A stretch of 64,000 nucleotides of DNA, from positions 2,112,001-2,176,000 of the forward strand of contig JASGHG010000001.1 in NCBI GenBank assembly GCA_047602425.1, given 5' to 3'. The notes below the pieces were generated by a model, which saw only the letters and a list, made by a program, of their open reading frames with translations, was not told the origin of the DNA and made no database searches. Made by a program: the position numbers and the translations under genes. The DNA is from Nibricoccus sp. (GTDB lineage: Bacteria > Verrucomicrobiota > Verrucomicrobiia > Opitutales > Opitutaceae). Below are positions 29,796 to 38,354 of this stretch, piece after piece (position 1 is the stretch's first letter; the number at the start of each line of letters is the position of its first letter).

Positions 29796-29923
29796 GCCAC
29801 AGAAAGCACAGAGCTCAGACACAGGGTTCACATAGCCCCGCAACACTCGCCCCCTCATCTTCTCGTTCTTCTTCCTCCCTCCTCTCCGTGCCCTATGTGT
29901 CTGAGCTCTGTGTCCTCTGTGGC
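29796..29923. repeat. CACAGAG inverted-repeat element, copy 4 (iorA-iorB)
   Basis: Arms at 29796-29835 and 29884-29923, with a compensatory pair GAGCTCAGACAC/GTGTCTGAGCTC. Confidence 0.9.
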
Positions 29924-29951
29924 CCAATCCGAAATCAATAAAAGTTTCCTC

Positions 29952-30434
29952 ATGCCTCCCGTTGCTTCCCAAGTCATCAATGTCCGCTTCGCCGGCATCG
30001 GCGGCACCGGTGTTATCAAAGCTTCCGACATTTTCGCCGACGTCGCTTTTCGCGAAGGCCAAATCGTCAAGAAAGCCGAAGTCCACGGCATGAGCCAGCG
30101 CGGTGGCTCCGTCCAATCCGACGTACGTTTCGGCACCGAAGTGCATAGCCCGATGATTCCCGATGGCGCGTGCGATTTTCTCGTCGTCATGGAAGCGACA
30201 CAGATCGAAGTCGTGCGCAGCGGACTAAAATCCGGCGGCACGTTGATCGTCCCAACTGACATCGACATCGCTAAGCTGCCATCGGCAAAAGCCCTCAACG
30301 TCGCCATGCTCGGTCGCCTCAGTCGGCTCTTCGATTTTCCTGAGAGCGCCTGGCACGCGAGCCTTCGCGCCAATTTTCCCGAGAAACTCCACACCGCCAA
30401 CGAAACCGCCTTCAACCTTGGCCGCAGCGCCTGA
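29952..30434 (+). CDS. iorB: Indolepyruvate:ferredoxin oxidoreductase beta subunit
   Basis: GIGGTGVI, EVHGMSQRGGSV, NVAMLG, NETAF. Confidence 0.9.
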   Translation: MPPVASQVINVRFAGIGGTGVIKASDIFADVAFREGQIVKKAEVHGMSQRGGSVQSDVRFGTEVHSPMIPDGACDFLVVMEATQIEVVRSGLKSGGTLIVPTDIDIAKLPSAKALNVAMLGRLSRLFDFPESAWHASLRANFPEKLHTANETAFNLGRSA

Positions 30435-30448
30435 GCCATTTCATTTTC

Positions 30449-30571
30449 GCCACAGAGACCACAGAGCTCGGACCCGGAGTATCAATCCTCACTCACACCC
30501 GCCTTTCCCTTCTTCGCATAAATTTTCCGTCCTCCGTGACCTCTGTGTCATAGCTCTGTGCCCTCTGTGAC
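30449..30571. repeat. CACAGAG inverted-repeat element, copy 5 (iorB-paaK)
   Basis: Left arm 30449-30479 (shortened), right arm 30532-30571. Confidence 0.85.
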
Positions 30572-30601
30572 CCAACCTCCCCTCCGCCCCACCCCTGCAT
30601 C

Positions 30602-31945
30602 ATGATCCCCCAACTTTGGAATGACCTCCAAGGCACGTTCTTCTCCGAGAGCGCGCTCGATTTCATGCCCGTTCCGCAGCTGCGTGCCGTTCAGCTCCAG
30701 CGCCTTCAGGCCGCCGTCACGCTCGCCTACGAAAAGGTGCCGCTGTTCCGGTCGCGCATGGACGAGAAAAAACTCACGCCGGCCAGCATTCGCACGCTCG
30801 GTGACGTGAGCAAACTGCCTTTCATGGTCAAAACCGACCTGCGCGACACCTACCCGTATGGCCTTTTCGCCGTGCCCATGAGCGAGGTCGTTCGTCTGCA
30901 TGCCTCCAGCGGTACCACAGGCAAGCCGATAGTCGTTGGTTATACCGCGCAGGACATGCAAGTCTGGGAGCAAGTCATCGTTCGCTCGCTTTATGCCGCC
31001 GGTTTCTCGCGTGGTGATATCGTGCAAAACATGTATGGCTACGGGCTGTTCACCGGAGGCCTCGGTTTGCATGGCGGTCTCGAAGCCATCGGCGCAACGG
31101 TGATCCCAATTTCCGGCGGCAACAGCGAACGCCAGATCATGGTGATGAAGGATTTTGGCGTCACCGCCGTTTGCTGCACACCGAGTTATTTCGTTCACCT
31201 CATCGAAGTCGCCCAAAAAATGGGCATCGATTTCAAGCGCGATCTCAAGGTCAAGCGTGGAGTCTTCGGCGCAGAGCCCTGGACCAATGAAATGCGCCAA
31301 TACATCGAGGAAGCTTCGGGCGTGAAGGCCTACGACATCTACGGTCTTTCCGAAATCATCGGTCCCGGCGTCGCTTGCGAATGCGAATGCCAGAACGGCC
31401 CCCATATTTTTGAAGACCATTTTCTCGCCGAAATCGTCGATCCAAAAACGCTTGAGCCATTGCCCGACGGCGAAGAGGGCGAACTTGTCATAACCACTCT
31501 CAGTAAACAAGCGATGCCGGTCATCCGCTACCGGACGCGCGACATCACGTCGCTCGACAACACGCTATGCAAATGCGGCCGCACCTGCCGTCGCATCAAA
31601 CGCATCAGCCGTCGCAGCGACGACATGTTCATCATTCGTGGCGTGAATGTCTATCCGTCGCAGATCGAAGTTGCGCTCCTCAAGACCGAAGCGAGCCTGC
31701 CGCACTACCAGATCATCCTTACCCGCAAGGGAAGCCTCGATCAGATGGAAGTCCGCGTTGAAATCACTGGCGAAATGCTCCGCGACAATGTTGGCGCGAT
31801 GGAACAGTTGCAGAAAAATTTTTCCCGCAGCATCGAGCAAGTCACGGGCTTGCACGCCCTCGTCACGCTCGCCGAACCAGGCAGCATCCCCCGCAGCGAA
31901 GGCAAGGCCAAGCGCCTTCTCGACCAGCGCAACCAAACCAAGTAA
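30602..31945 (+). CDS. paaK: Phenylacetate-CoA ligase family
   Basis: LHASSGTTGKP, GYGLFTGGLG, DIYGLSE, RYRTRD, RSDDMFIIRGVNVYPSQIE, EGKAKR. Confidence 0.93.
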   Translation: MIPQLWNDLQGTFFSESALDFMPVPQLRAVQLQRLQAAVTLAYEKVPLFRSRMDEKKLTPASIRTLGDVSKLPFMVKTDLRDTYPYGLFAVPMSEVVRLHASSGTTGKPIVVGYTAQDMQVWEQVIVRSLYAAGFSRGDIVQNMYGYGLFTGGLGLHGGLEAIGATVIPISGGNSERQIMVMKDFGVTAVCCTPSYFVHLIEVAQKMGIDFKRDLKVKRGVFGAEPWTNEMRQYIEEASGVKAYDIYGLSEIIGPGVACECECQNGPHIFEDHFLAEIVDPKTLEPLPDGEEGELVITTLSKQAMPVIRYRTRDITSLDNTLCKCGRTCRRIKRISRRSDDMFIIRGVNVYPSQIEVALLKTEASLPHYQIILTRKGSLDQMEVRVEITGEMLRDNVGAMEQLQKNFSRSIEQVTGLHALVTLAEPGSIPRSEGKAKRLLDQRNQTK

Positions 31946-31960
31946 CAACCCTAAACATTG

Positions 31961-32069
31961 GCCACAAAGATCACAAAGCCATGACAAAGAGAGCACCGAG
32001 TTCGGAACATGGATATTACCCCGCCTTTCCTCCGTGCCCTCTGTGTCCGAGCTCTGTGTTCTCTGTGGC
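31961..32069. repeat. CACAGAG inverted-repeat element, copy 6 (paaK-ACT)
   Basis: Arms at 31961-32000 (diverged) and 32030-32069. Confidence 0.85.
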
Positions 32070-32082
32070 CTGATCGACACCC

Positions 32083-32511
32083 ATGAAAATCCGCCAAGTT
32101 TCCGTCTTTCTCGAAAACCGTCCCGGCCGTCTCGCCGCGCTTTGCCGCACCCTTGCCGATGCCGGCGTGAACCTCAATACGCTGATGCTTTCCGAAACTG
32201 GCGAGTTCGGATTGTTTCGGTTCATCGCCAACGATGCCGACAAAGCCAAAGCCGTTGCCGAAAAAGCCGGTTATGCCGTCACTACCAGCGAAGTTCTCGC
32301 CATCCAGGTTTCCGACAAACCCGGCGGTCTTGCGGACATTCTGGCGTTGCTCGAACCGCACAAAATCTCCGTCGACTACATGTACGCATTCGTCTGCCGA
32401 CAGGGCCGGGCAATCATGATCATTCGCTTCGACGACCTCGACCGCGCCAGTGATGTGCTGCTCAAAGCAAACGTGAATGTTTTTAAAGCGGTTGATCTGC
32501 TGAAGGCCTAA
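32083..32511 (+). CDS. Tandem ACT-domain (amino-acid-binding) protein
   Basis: QVSVFLENRPGRL, DKPGGLA, YMYAF; a typical partner of paaK/iorAB clusters. Confidence 0.9.
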   Translation: MKIRQVSVFLENRPGRLAALCRTLADAGVNLNTLMLSETGEFGLFRFIANDADKAKAVAEKAGYAVTTSEVLAIQVSDKPGGLADILALLEPHKISVDYMYAFVCRQGRAIMIIRFDDLDRASDVLLKANVNVFKAVDLLKA

Positions 32512-32576
32512 GTTTCGCATAAGCTTTTGGGGATAAACCGCAAGGACACGCCATTACGCGTCGTTCTTACTCAGCT

Positions 32577-32655
32577 CTGGCCAATTTCTGCGCTACAAGA
32601 GGCAGAATGTGGCGTGTGCCAGCGCAGCCGTTGGGCTAAACTCGCCTTAAGCAAA
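32577..32655 (+). promoter_or_regulatory. Conserved two-block leader motif, copy upstream of nfnA
   Basis: Near-identical to 28009-28088. Confidence 0.7.
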
Positions 32656-32683
32656 CTTTCATTCGTGTCGTCGCCTGATTCAT

Positions 32684-33526
32684 ATGCACCGCATCGTCGC
32701 CAAAGCGCAGCTTAGCCCCAATGTCACCCGTCTCGACCTCGAGGCGCCGCGCATCGCGAAGATCCGCCAGCCCGGCCAATTCGTCATCGTTCGCCGCGGG
32801 CCTCGCGCCGAACGCATTCCTCTCACTATCGCCGATGCCAACCCGCACGCCGGCACCATCGCGCTCGTCATTCAAGCCGTCGGCAAAAGTACAAAGGAAC
32901 TCGTCGCGCTCAACGTCGGCGACTCCATTCAGGATATTTCCGGCCCGCTTGGCATGCCCACCGAAATCATCGAAAAAGGTCGCGCGCTCTGTGTCGGCGG
33001 TGGCGTCGGTACTGCCGTTGTTCATCCGATCGCCCAAGGCCTGCACGCCAAGGGTGTCCATGTCACCAGCGTCATTGGCGGCCGCTCGAAGGAATGGGTC
33101 ATTTTCGAAAACGAACTCAAACGCCTCGGCGACGTGGTCGTCTGCACCGACGACGGCAGCTACAGTCGCAAAGGCTTCGTCACCGATGCCGCCAAGGAAA
33201 TTCTCACCGCTGGCGGCATCGATATTGTCTACGCCGTTGGCCCCGTGCCGATGATGCGCGCCATCGCCAATCTCACCAAGCCTTTCGGCGTCCACACGAT
33301 CGTCTCGCTCAACCCCGTCATGGTCGATGGCACCGGCATGTGCGGCGGCTGTCGCGTCGAGGTCGGCGGTGAAACGAAATTCGCCTGCGTCGACGGCCCC
33401 GAGTTCGACGGGCATAAAGTCGACTTCGACCTCCTCGCCGACCGCCTCTCCACCTACAAAACCCAGGAACAAGAGGCCACCACCTGCCAAAAAGACGGCA
33501 CCTGCCGCGTCGGCCTGATCAAGTAA
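32684..33526 (+). CDS. nfnA: NfnA/SudB-like FAD and [2Fe-2S] subunit of electron-bifurcating transhydrogenase
   Basis: PGQFVIVR, ERIPLTIAD, GPLG, GGGVG, TDDGS, MVDGTGMCGGCRV...CVDGPEFD. Confidence 0.88.
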   Translation: MHRIVAKAQLSPNVTRLDLEAPRIAKIRQPGQFVIVRRGPRAERIPLTIADANPHAGTIALVIQAVGKSTKELVALNVGDSIQDISGPLGMPTEIIEKGRALCVGGGVGTAVVHPIAQGLHAKGVHVTSVIGGRSKEWVIFENELKRLGDVVVCTDDGSYSRKGFVTDAAKEILTAGGIDIVYAVGPVPMMRAIANLTKPFGVHTIVSLNPVMVDGTGMCGGCRVEVGGETKFACVDGPEFDGHKVDFDLLADRLSTYKTQEQEATTCQKDGTCRVGLIK

Positions 33527-33538
33527 ATTTCAACCCTC

Positions 33539-33651
33539 GTCACAGAGTACACAGAGCTCCGACACAGAGAACACTGAGCCAATCCAAAACCAACTTTCCG
33601 CACCCTCCGTCCTCTGTGCCCTCTGTGTCCGAGCTCCGTGACCTCTGTGGC
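33539..33651. repeat. CACAGAG inverted-repeat element, copy 7 (nfnA-nfnB)
   Basis: Arms at 33539-33578 and 33612-33651. Confidence 0.9.
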
Positions 33652-33674
33652 CCGCTCCGAATTCTCCTTCTGCC

Positions 33675-35123
33675 ATGTCCGATCTTCCCGCCTCCTCCGC
33701 AGCCGCCGCTCCGAAAAAGATGACGCCCAAAGAGCGCATGGCCATCCAGCGCCAGCGCATGCCCGAACAGGACGCCACCGCGCGCGCCCACAATTTCTGC
33801 GAGGTCAACCTCGGTCTGCCCGAGCAAATGGCCGTGCTCGAAGCCCAGCGCTGCATCCAATGCAAAGATCCAAAATGCGTCCAAGGCTGCCCCGTACGCG
33901 TCAATATCCCCCGCTTCATCGATTTCCTCGCCAAAGGCGATCTACCCGGCGCCGCCGATAGCCTTCTCTCCGACAATGCCCTGCCCTGCGTCACCGGACG
34001 CGTCTGCCCGCAGGAAACCCAGTGCGAAGAGGTCTGCATCCGCGGCGTGAAAAGTGAATCCGTCGGCATCGGCTATCTCGAACGCTTCGTCGCCGACTGG
34101 GCGATGAAAAACGGCACGACCGCCGCTGCAAAACCCGTTCCCACCGGCAAAAAAGTTGCCGTCGTCGGCGCCGGCCCCGCCGGACTTACCGCCGCTGGCG
34201 AACTCGCCAAAGCCGGCCATGACGTCACCGTTTACGAAGCGCTCCACCAACCCGGCGGCGTACTCGTCTACGGCATCCCGGAATTTCGCCTGCCCAAGCA
34301 GATCGTCGACAAGGAAGTTCAGCGCCTCACCGACGCCGGCGTGAAGATCGAGTGCAACGTCGTCATTGGCCGCACTTACACGCTGCCCGAGCTTCGCGAA
34401 ACTTTCGACGCCATCTTCATCGCCAATGGCGCGGGCCTGCCTGTTTTCATGAATGTGCCAGGCGAAAATCTGAAGGGAGTGTATTCGGCCAATGAATACC
34501 TCACCCGCGTCAACTTGATGGCCGCGTACGAATTTCCCTCGGCCGACACGCCCGTGCTCGTTGGTAAGCGCGTCGCCGTCGTCGGTGGCGGCAATGTCGC
34601 GATGGACGCCGTGCGCACCGCCAAGCGCCTCGGCGCCGAGGTCGCCAGCATCGTCTACCGCCGAACCAAGGCCGAGATGCCAGCCCGCGTGGAGGAGGTT
34701 CATCATGCCGAGGCCGAGGGTGTTGTTTTCGAAATGCTCGTCGCTCCGCTCGCTGTCGTCGGCAACGACAAGAAGTGGGTCACCGGACTCAAATGCCAGC
34801 GCATGCAACTCGGCGAACCCGACGCTTCCGGTCGCCGCAGCCCCGTACCGATTTCCGGCTCTGAATTTGTCCTCGATTGCGATGTGGTCGTGGTCGCCAT
34901 CGGCACCCGCGCCAACCCACTCCTTACCGCCACGTGCCCTGAGTTAAAGCTCAACAAACGCGGCAATATTGAAGCCGACGAAAACGGCATGACCAGCATC
35001 CCTGGCGTCTTCGCCGGCGGCGACATCGTCCGCGGCGCCGCCACCGTGATCCTCGCCATGGGCGACGGCAAACGCTCCGCGAAGGCGATCAATCAGTATC
35101 TCAAAACCCCGCCCGCCATCTAA
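33675..35123 (+). CDS. nfnB: NfnB/SudA-like GltD-family flavoprotein
   Basis: RCIQC..PKCVQGCP, GRVCPQETQCE, GAGPAGL, YGIPEFRLP, GGGNVAMD, YRR. It is paired with an nfnA-like gene and there is no gltB nearby. Confidence 0.85.
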   Translation: MSDLPASSAAAAPKKMTPKERMAIQRQRMPEQDATARAHNFCEVNLGLPEQMAVLEAQRCIQCKDPKCVQGCPVRVNIPRFIDFLAKGDLPGAADSLLSDNALPCVTGRVCPQETQCEEVCIRGVKSESVGIGYLERFVADWAMKNGTTAAAKPVPTGKKVAVVGAGPAGLTAAGELAKAGHDVTVYEALHQPGGVLVYGIPEFRLPKQIVDKEVQRLTDAGVKIECNVVIGRTYTLPELRETFDAIFIANGAGLPVFMNVPGENLKGVYSANEYLTRVNLMAAYEFPSADTPVLVGKRVAVVGGGNVAMDAVRTAKRLGAEVASIVYRRTKAEMPARVEEVHHAEAEGVVFEMLVAPLAVVGNDKKWVTGLKCQRMQLGEPDASGRRSPVPISGSEFVLDCDVVVVAIGTRANPLLTATCPELKLNKRGNIEADENGMTSIPGVFAGGDIVRGAATVILAMGDGKRSAKAINQYLKTPPAI

Positions 35124-35210
35124 GCCGGGGTCAGTCCCGCCGCTCCGGACCCAGCCACCACCCTAGAACTGTCCCACAACCCTTCGACCGGACCGCCACT
35201 GATCGCCACG

Positions 35211-35315
35211 CGGTTTGTCATCTATTAAATGACAAAACTTAGAAACCCGCGTTTTCCCTCTTTAACTCCCTCGGCCTCGTTCAAGTCAGTTTGTCATTTA
35301 ATAGATGACAAACCG
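35211..35315. repeat. Paired TTTGTCAT-N7-ATGACAAA palindromes, element 1
   Basis: 35214-35236 and 35290-35312 are exact reverse complements of each other. Confidence 0.85.
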
Positions 35316-35608
35316 CTCAGACACAAGTCGTGGTATGTGAATCGTTTCATCTCGAGATAGGCGGATGGGCAGAGTTGTGGCTCGCGGAATGCCGTTGGCC
35401 GCATAGCAGCGATCGATTGTCGGAAACGCTGAGTTTCACCGTCGTCACTTTCAGACCGCGCTGTGCACGTATCAATCATCACACCGGCTTTCGGGCTGGC
35501 GCGCCGTGCCTAATAGCTGCGCCGTCGCATCACTTCACCCTTACGCAACCAAGCACGAGGTCTACTCTCTTGCCTTTTGTCACCATCGCCAGCCACCAGA
35601 AATTTCCC

Positions 35609-36184
35609 ATGTCCCATACCAACACTCCTTCTAACAAACTCGCTAATCCAGCGGTTGTCGGTCTCGCCGGGTTCGGCCTGACCACACTCGTTCTCCAATT
35701 CCACAACGTCGGCTGGATGGAAACCGGTCCAGTCATTTGGCTCGGTCTCATCTTCGGTGGACTGGTACAACTGATCGCGGGGTTTCAGGAAATGAAAACC
35801 GGCAACAATTTCGGCTACTGCGCCTTCACCGCCTATGGTGCATTTTGGATCAGCCTTTGTCTGATGCTCGTCGGCAATAAATTCGGCTGGTTCGCCGTCT
35901 CCCATGCCGATGTCGGTTGGTTCCTCGTCGCCTGGACACTGTTTACCGTTATTCTCTGGGTCGGTTCAATGAAGATTCACGGCGCAATGGCCACGACCTT
36001 CACGCTGCTTCTGATTGGCTTCGTGCTCCTCGACATCGGCCATTTCGGCAACCCGGTTTTCAACAAATATGCCGGCTACGAACTCATGGCCTGCGCCCTC
36101 GCCGCTTGGTACATGATGGCCCGCATTATCCTCAACGACCTCTTCGGCCGCGAAATCCTCCCCGCCGGCAAAGCTTGGCTGTAA
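35609..36184 (+). CDS. satP: Acetate/succinate uptake transporter (GPR1/FUN34/YaaH family)
   Basis: LANPAVVGLAGFGLTT, GGLVQLIAG, AFTAYGAFW. ATG 35609 preferred over the long upstream ORF extension. Confidence 0.9.
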   Translation: MSHTNTPSNKLANPAVVGLAGFGLTTLVLQFHNVGWMETGPVIWLGLIFGGLVQLIAGFQEMKTGNNFGYCAFTAYGAFWISLCLMLVGNKFGWFAVSHADVGWFLVAWTLFTVILWVGSMKIHGAMATTFTLLLIGFVLLDIGHFGNPVFNKYAGYELMACALAAWYMMARIILNDLFGREILPAGKAWL

Positions 36185-36290
36185 CAAACTGACCTACAGG
36201 CTCTCATAGCCTCGCCTTCCAAAGCACGGCTTGCATCATGCGATCCGTGTTTTTTTGCGCCCAAAACCACCCATTCGGTCCAAGAAGCGC

Positions 36291-36390
36291 TTGTCATCCA
36301 TTAGATGACAAACGTCTGCTGGATCGTTGTTTTTCGGAGGTGAAAGTTCCAAGTTGGGACTCGGCAGTTTGTCATCTATTAAATGACAAA
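36291..36390. repeat. Paired TTTGTCAT-N7-ATGACAAA palindromes, element 2
   Basis: TTGTCATCCATTAGATGACAAA (36291-36312) and TTTGTCATCTATTAAATGACAAA (36368-36390). Confidence 0.85.
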
Positions 36391-36464
36391 CGGGTCGGCG
36401 CCGTCTATTCGCTGCTAGATTTTTTGTGCGAAGAAGGGGCCCCCGCTTCCTTTCATTTGTGATG

Positions 36465-36514
36465 GTTACAGTAATGGTCTGCAGGCAACTGTACCGATCT
36501 CAATCGAACTGTAC
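36465..36514. promoter_or_regulatory. Candidate MocR-family operator boxes
   Basis: AACTGTAC direct repeats at 36487 and 36507 (20 bp apart) and an inverted GTTACAGT at 36465, upstream of the MocR regulator. Confidence 0.5.
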
Positions 36515-36558
36515 TGCCTCTGCGCAGTTTTCCTGATTTCTGTTATGTTTCAATCGCC

Positions 36559-38007
36559 ATGATTCAGACCTTAACCAAGCCCGCTACGTCGCCGCTCTAT
36601 GTGGAGCTGGCCGATTCGTTACAACAACTCATTGAGCAAGGCACGCTGCGCGCCGGTCACCGCGTCCCTTCCGTGCGGAGAATGGCTCTCCAACGCGACG
36701 TGAGCATCTCGACGGTGCTACAGGCCTACACGGTTTTGGAAAATCGTGGGTACCTCGAAGCACGGCCACAATCAGGTTACTACGTTAAGCCGCGTTTGCC
36801 GTTCGAAATTCCGGAGCCACGCATGGCCAAGCCCATGGCCAAGCCCGCGTATGTTGGCACGAGCGATCTCACGGCGGATTTCATGGCCCGCGCCTCGGAC
36901 CCGGCTTGCATCCAACTCGGCGCCGCGTGCCCCGACACTTCGCTTTTTCCCGAACAAAAATTGGCGCGGCTTCTTGGTTCGGTCGCGCGTAACGATCCGA
37001 CGCTCATCGGCCGCTACGCCGTCAATGCCGCGTACGAACCGCTCACCAGAGAAATTGCCCGGCGTTACCTCCAAGCCGGCGTCGCGCTCTCGCACGAAGA
37101 AGTGATCGTCACCGTCGGCTGCACTGAGGCGCTCAACCTGGCGCTCCGCGCCGTAACCAAGCCCGGCGACACCGTAGCGCTCGAAACGCCCGCGTACTTC
37201 GGCATTCTCGAAACCATTCAGAGCCTCAATCTGCGCGTCCTCGAAATCCCCACCGATTCGCGCGAAGGCCTCTGCCTCGACGCGCTAAGGGAAGCCCTTT
37301 CGCGCAACGACGTGAAGGCGCTCTTTGTTATGCCGAGTTTCCAAAATCCCCTCGGCTCGTGCATGCCCGACGAGAAAAAGGAGAAATTGTATGAGCTCCT
37401 CTGCGAGTTCGACATTCCCGCGATCGAGGACGACATCTATGGGGACCTTCATTTCAGCGAGCGCCGCCCGAAGCCGCTCAAGGCTTGGGATACCGATGGC
37501 CGCGTGATGTTGTGCAGTTCCTTCGGCAAAACCCTCGCACCCGGAATGCGGGTGGGCTGGGTTTTCCCTGGACGTTGGTTAGAGCGCGTGCGGCGTCTCA
37601 AGTTTACGAATACACTCGGCACGCCCGTCGTGCTGCAGAAAACCGTCGCAAACTTCCTGCGCGATGGCGGCTACGACCACCACCTGCGCTCGATTCGCCG
37701 CGCGTATCAAAATCAGCTGCATCTTTTTTCGCAGGCCATTCTTCGCAATTTCCCGGTCGGCACGCGTCTTAGCCGGCCGCACGGCGGTTTCGTGCTCTGG
37801 GCGGAACTCCCGCCGCGCGTCGACACACTCAAGCTTCACAACGACGCGCTCAAGCAGCACATCGCCATCGCGCCTGGCATCCTCTTCTCCGTCAAGGAAC
37901 GCTATCGGAACTGCCTGCGCATCAATTGCGGCATACCATGGAGCCAGACGGTCGAGAATGCTGTCCGCGCAATCGGCGAGTTGGCCAAAAAGCAAATTCA
38001 AACATGA
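36559..38007 (+). CDS. MocR/GabR-family GntR regulator with PLP aminotransferase-like domain
   Basis: wHTH LYVELAD...PSVR...STVLQAY...ARPQSGYYV; FQNPLG, EDDIY, SFGKTLAPGMRVGW. Confidence 0.93.
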   Translation: MIQTLTKPATSPLYVELADSLQQLIEQGTLRAGHRVPSVRRMALQRDVSISTVLQAYTVLENRGYLEARPQSGYYVKPRLPFEIPEPRMAKPMAKPAYVGTSDLTADFMARASDPACIQLGAACPDTSLFPEQKLARLLGSVARNDPTLIGRYAVNAAYEPLTREIARRYLQAGVALSHEEVIVTVGCTEALNLALRAVTKPGDTVALETPAYFGILETIQSLNLRVLEIPTDSREGLCLDALREALSRNDVKALFVMPSFQNPLGSCMPDEKKEKLYELLCEFDIPAIEDDIYGDLHFSERRPKPLKAWDTDGRVMLCSSFGKTLAPGMRVGWVFPGRWLERVRRLKFTNTLGTPVVLQKTVANFLRDGGYDHHLRSIRRAYQNQLHLFSQAILRNFPVGTRLSRPHGGFVLWAELPPRVDTLKLHNDALKQHIAIAPGILFSVKERYRNCLRINCGIPWSQTVENAVRAIGELAKKQIQT

Positions 38008-38354
38008 AACCTCTTCGCGCCACCGTGAGCGATCTCCTGGCGGCTTTGCCCGGCCTTCCGACTCCTGCCTTCCCGGAAGGCCAGTGTTTTGCCACGGCTT
38101 TTCAGCATGGCTCAATGCGGGTCGAATTCTATGTCCCCCGCGGACACGATCCACAAACGCCGCACACCCAGGATGAACTTTATTTCATAGTATCTGGTTT
38201 TGGAAATTTCCTGCGCGACGATACCACGACGCCATTTGGCCCCGGCGACGTTCTTTTTGTGCCCGCCGGCGTGGTCCATCGTTTCGAAAATTTCTCGGAA
38301 GACTTCGCAACCTGGGTGGTGTTCTATGGTCAAGAAGGCGGAGAACGCCCATGA
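38004..38354 (+). CDS. Cupin-domain protein
   Basis: QTPHTQDELYFIVSG, GDVLFVPAGVVHRF; ATGA coupling. Confidence 0.88.
   Translation: MKPLRATVSDLLAALPGLPTPAFPEGQCFATAFQHGSMRVEFYVPRGHDPQTPHTQDELYFIVSGFGNFLRDDTTTPFGPGDVLFVPAGVVHRFENFSEDFATWVVFYGQEGGERP

Noticed and set aside
10206..33651. CACAGAG repeats as a CRISPR array
   Set aside because: The repeats are inverted pairs dispersed kilobases apart, not tandem direct repeats with regular spacers, and there are no cas genes.
33675..35123. Glutamate synthase small subunit (gltD)
   Set aside because: There is no gltB nearby, and pairing with an NfnA/SudB-like gene favours NfnAB.
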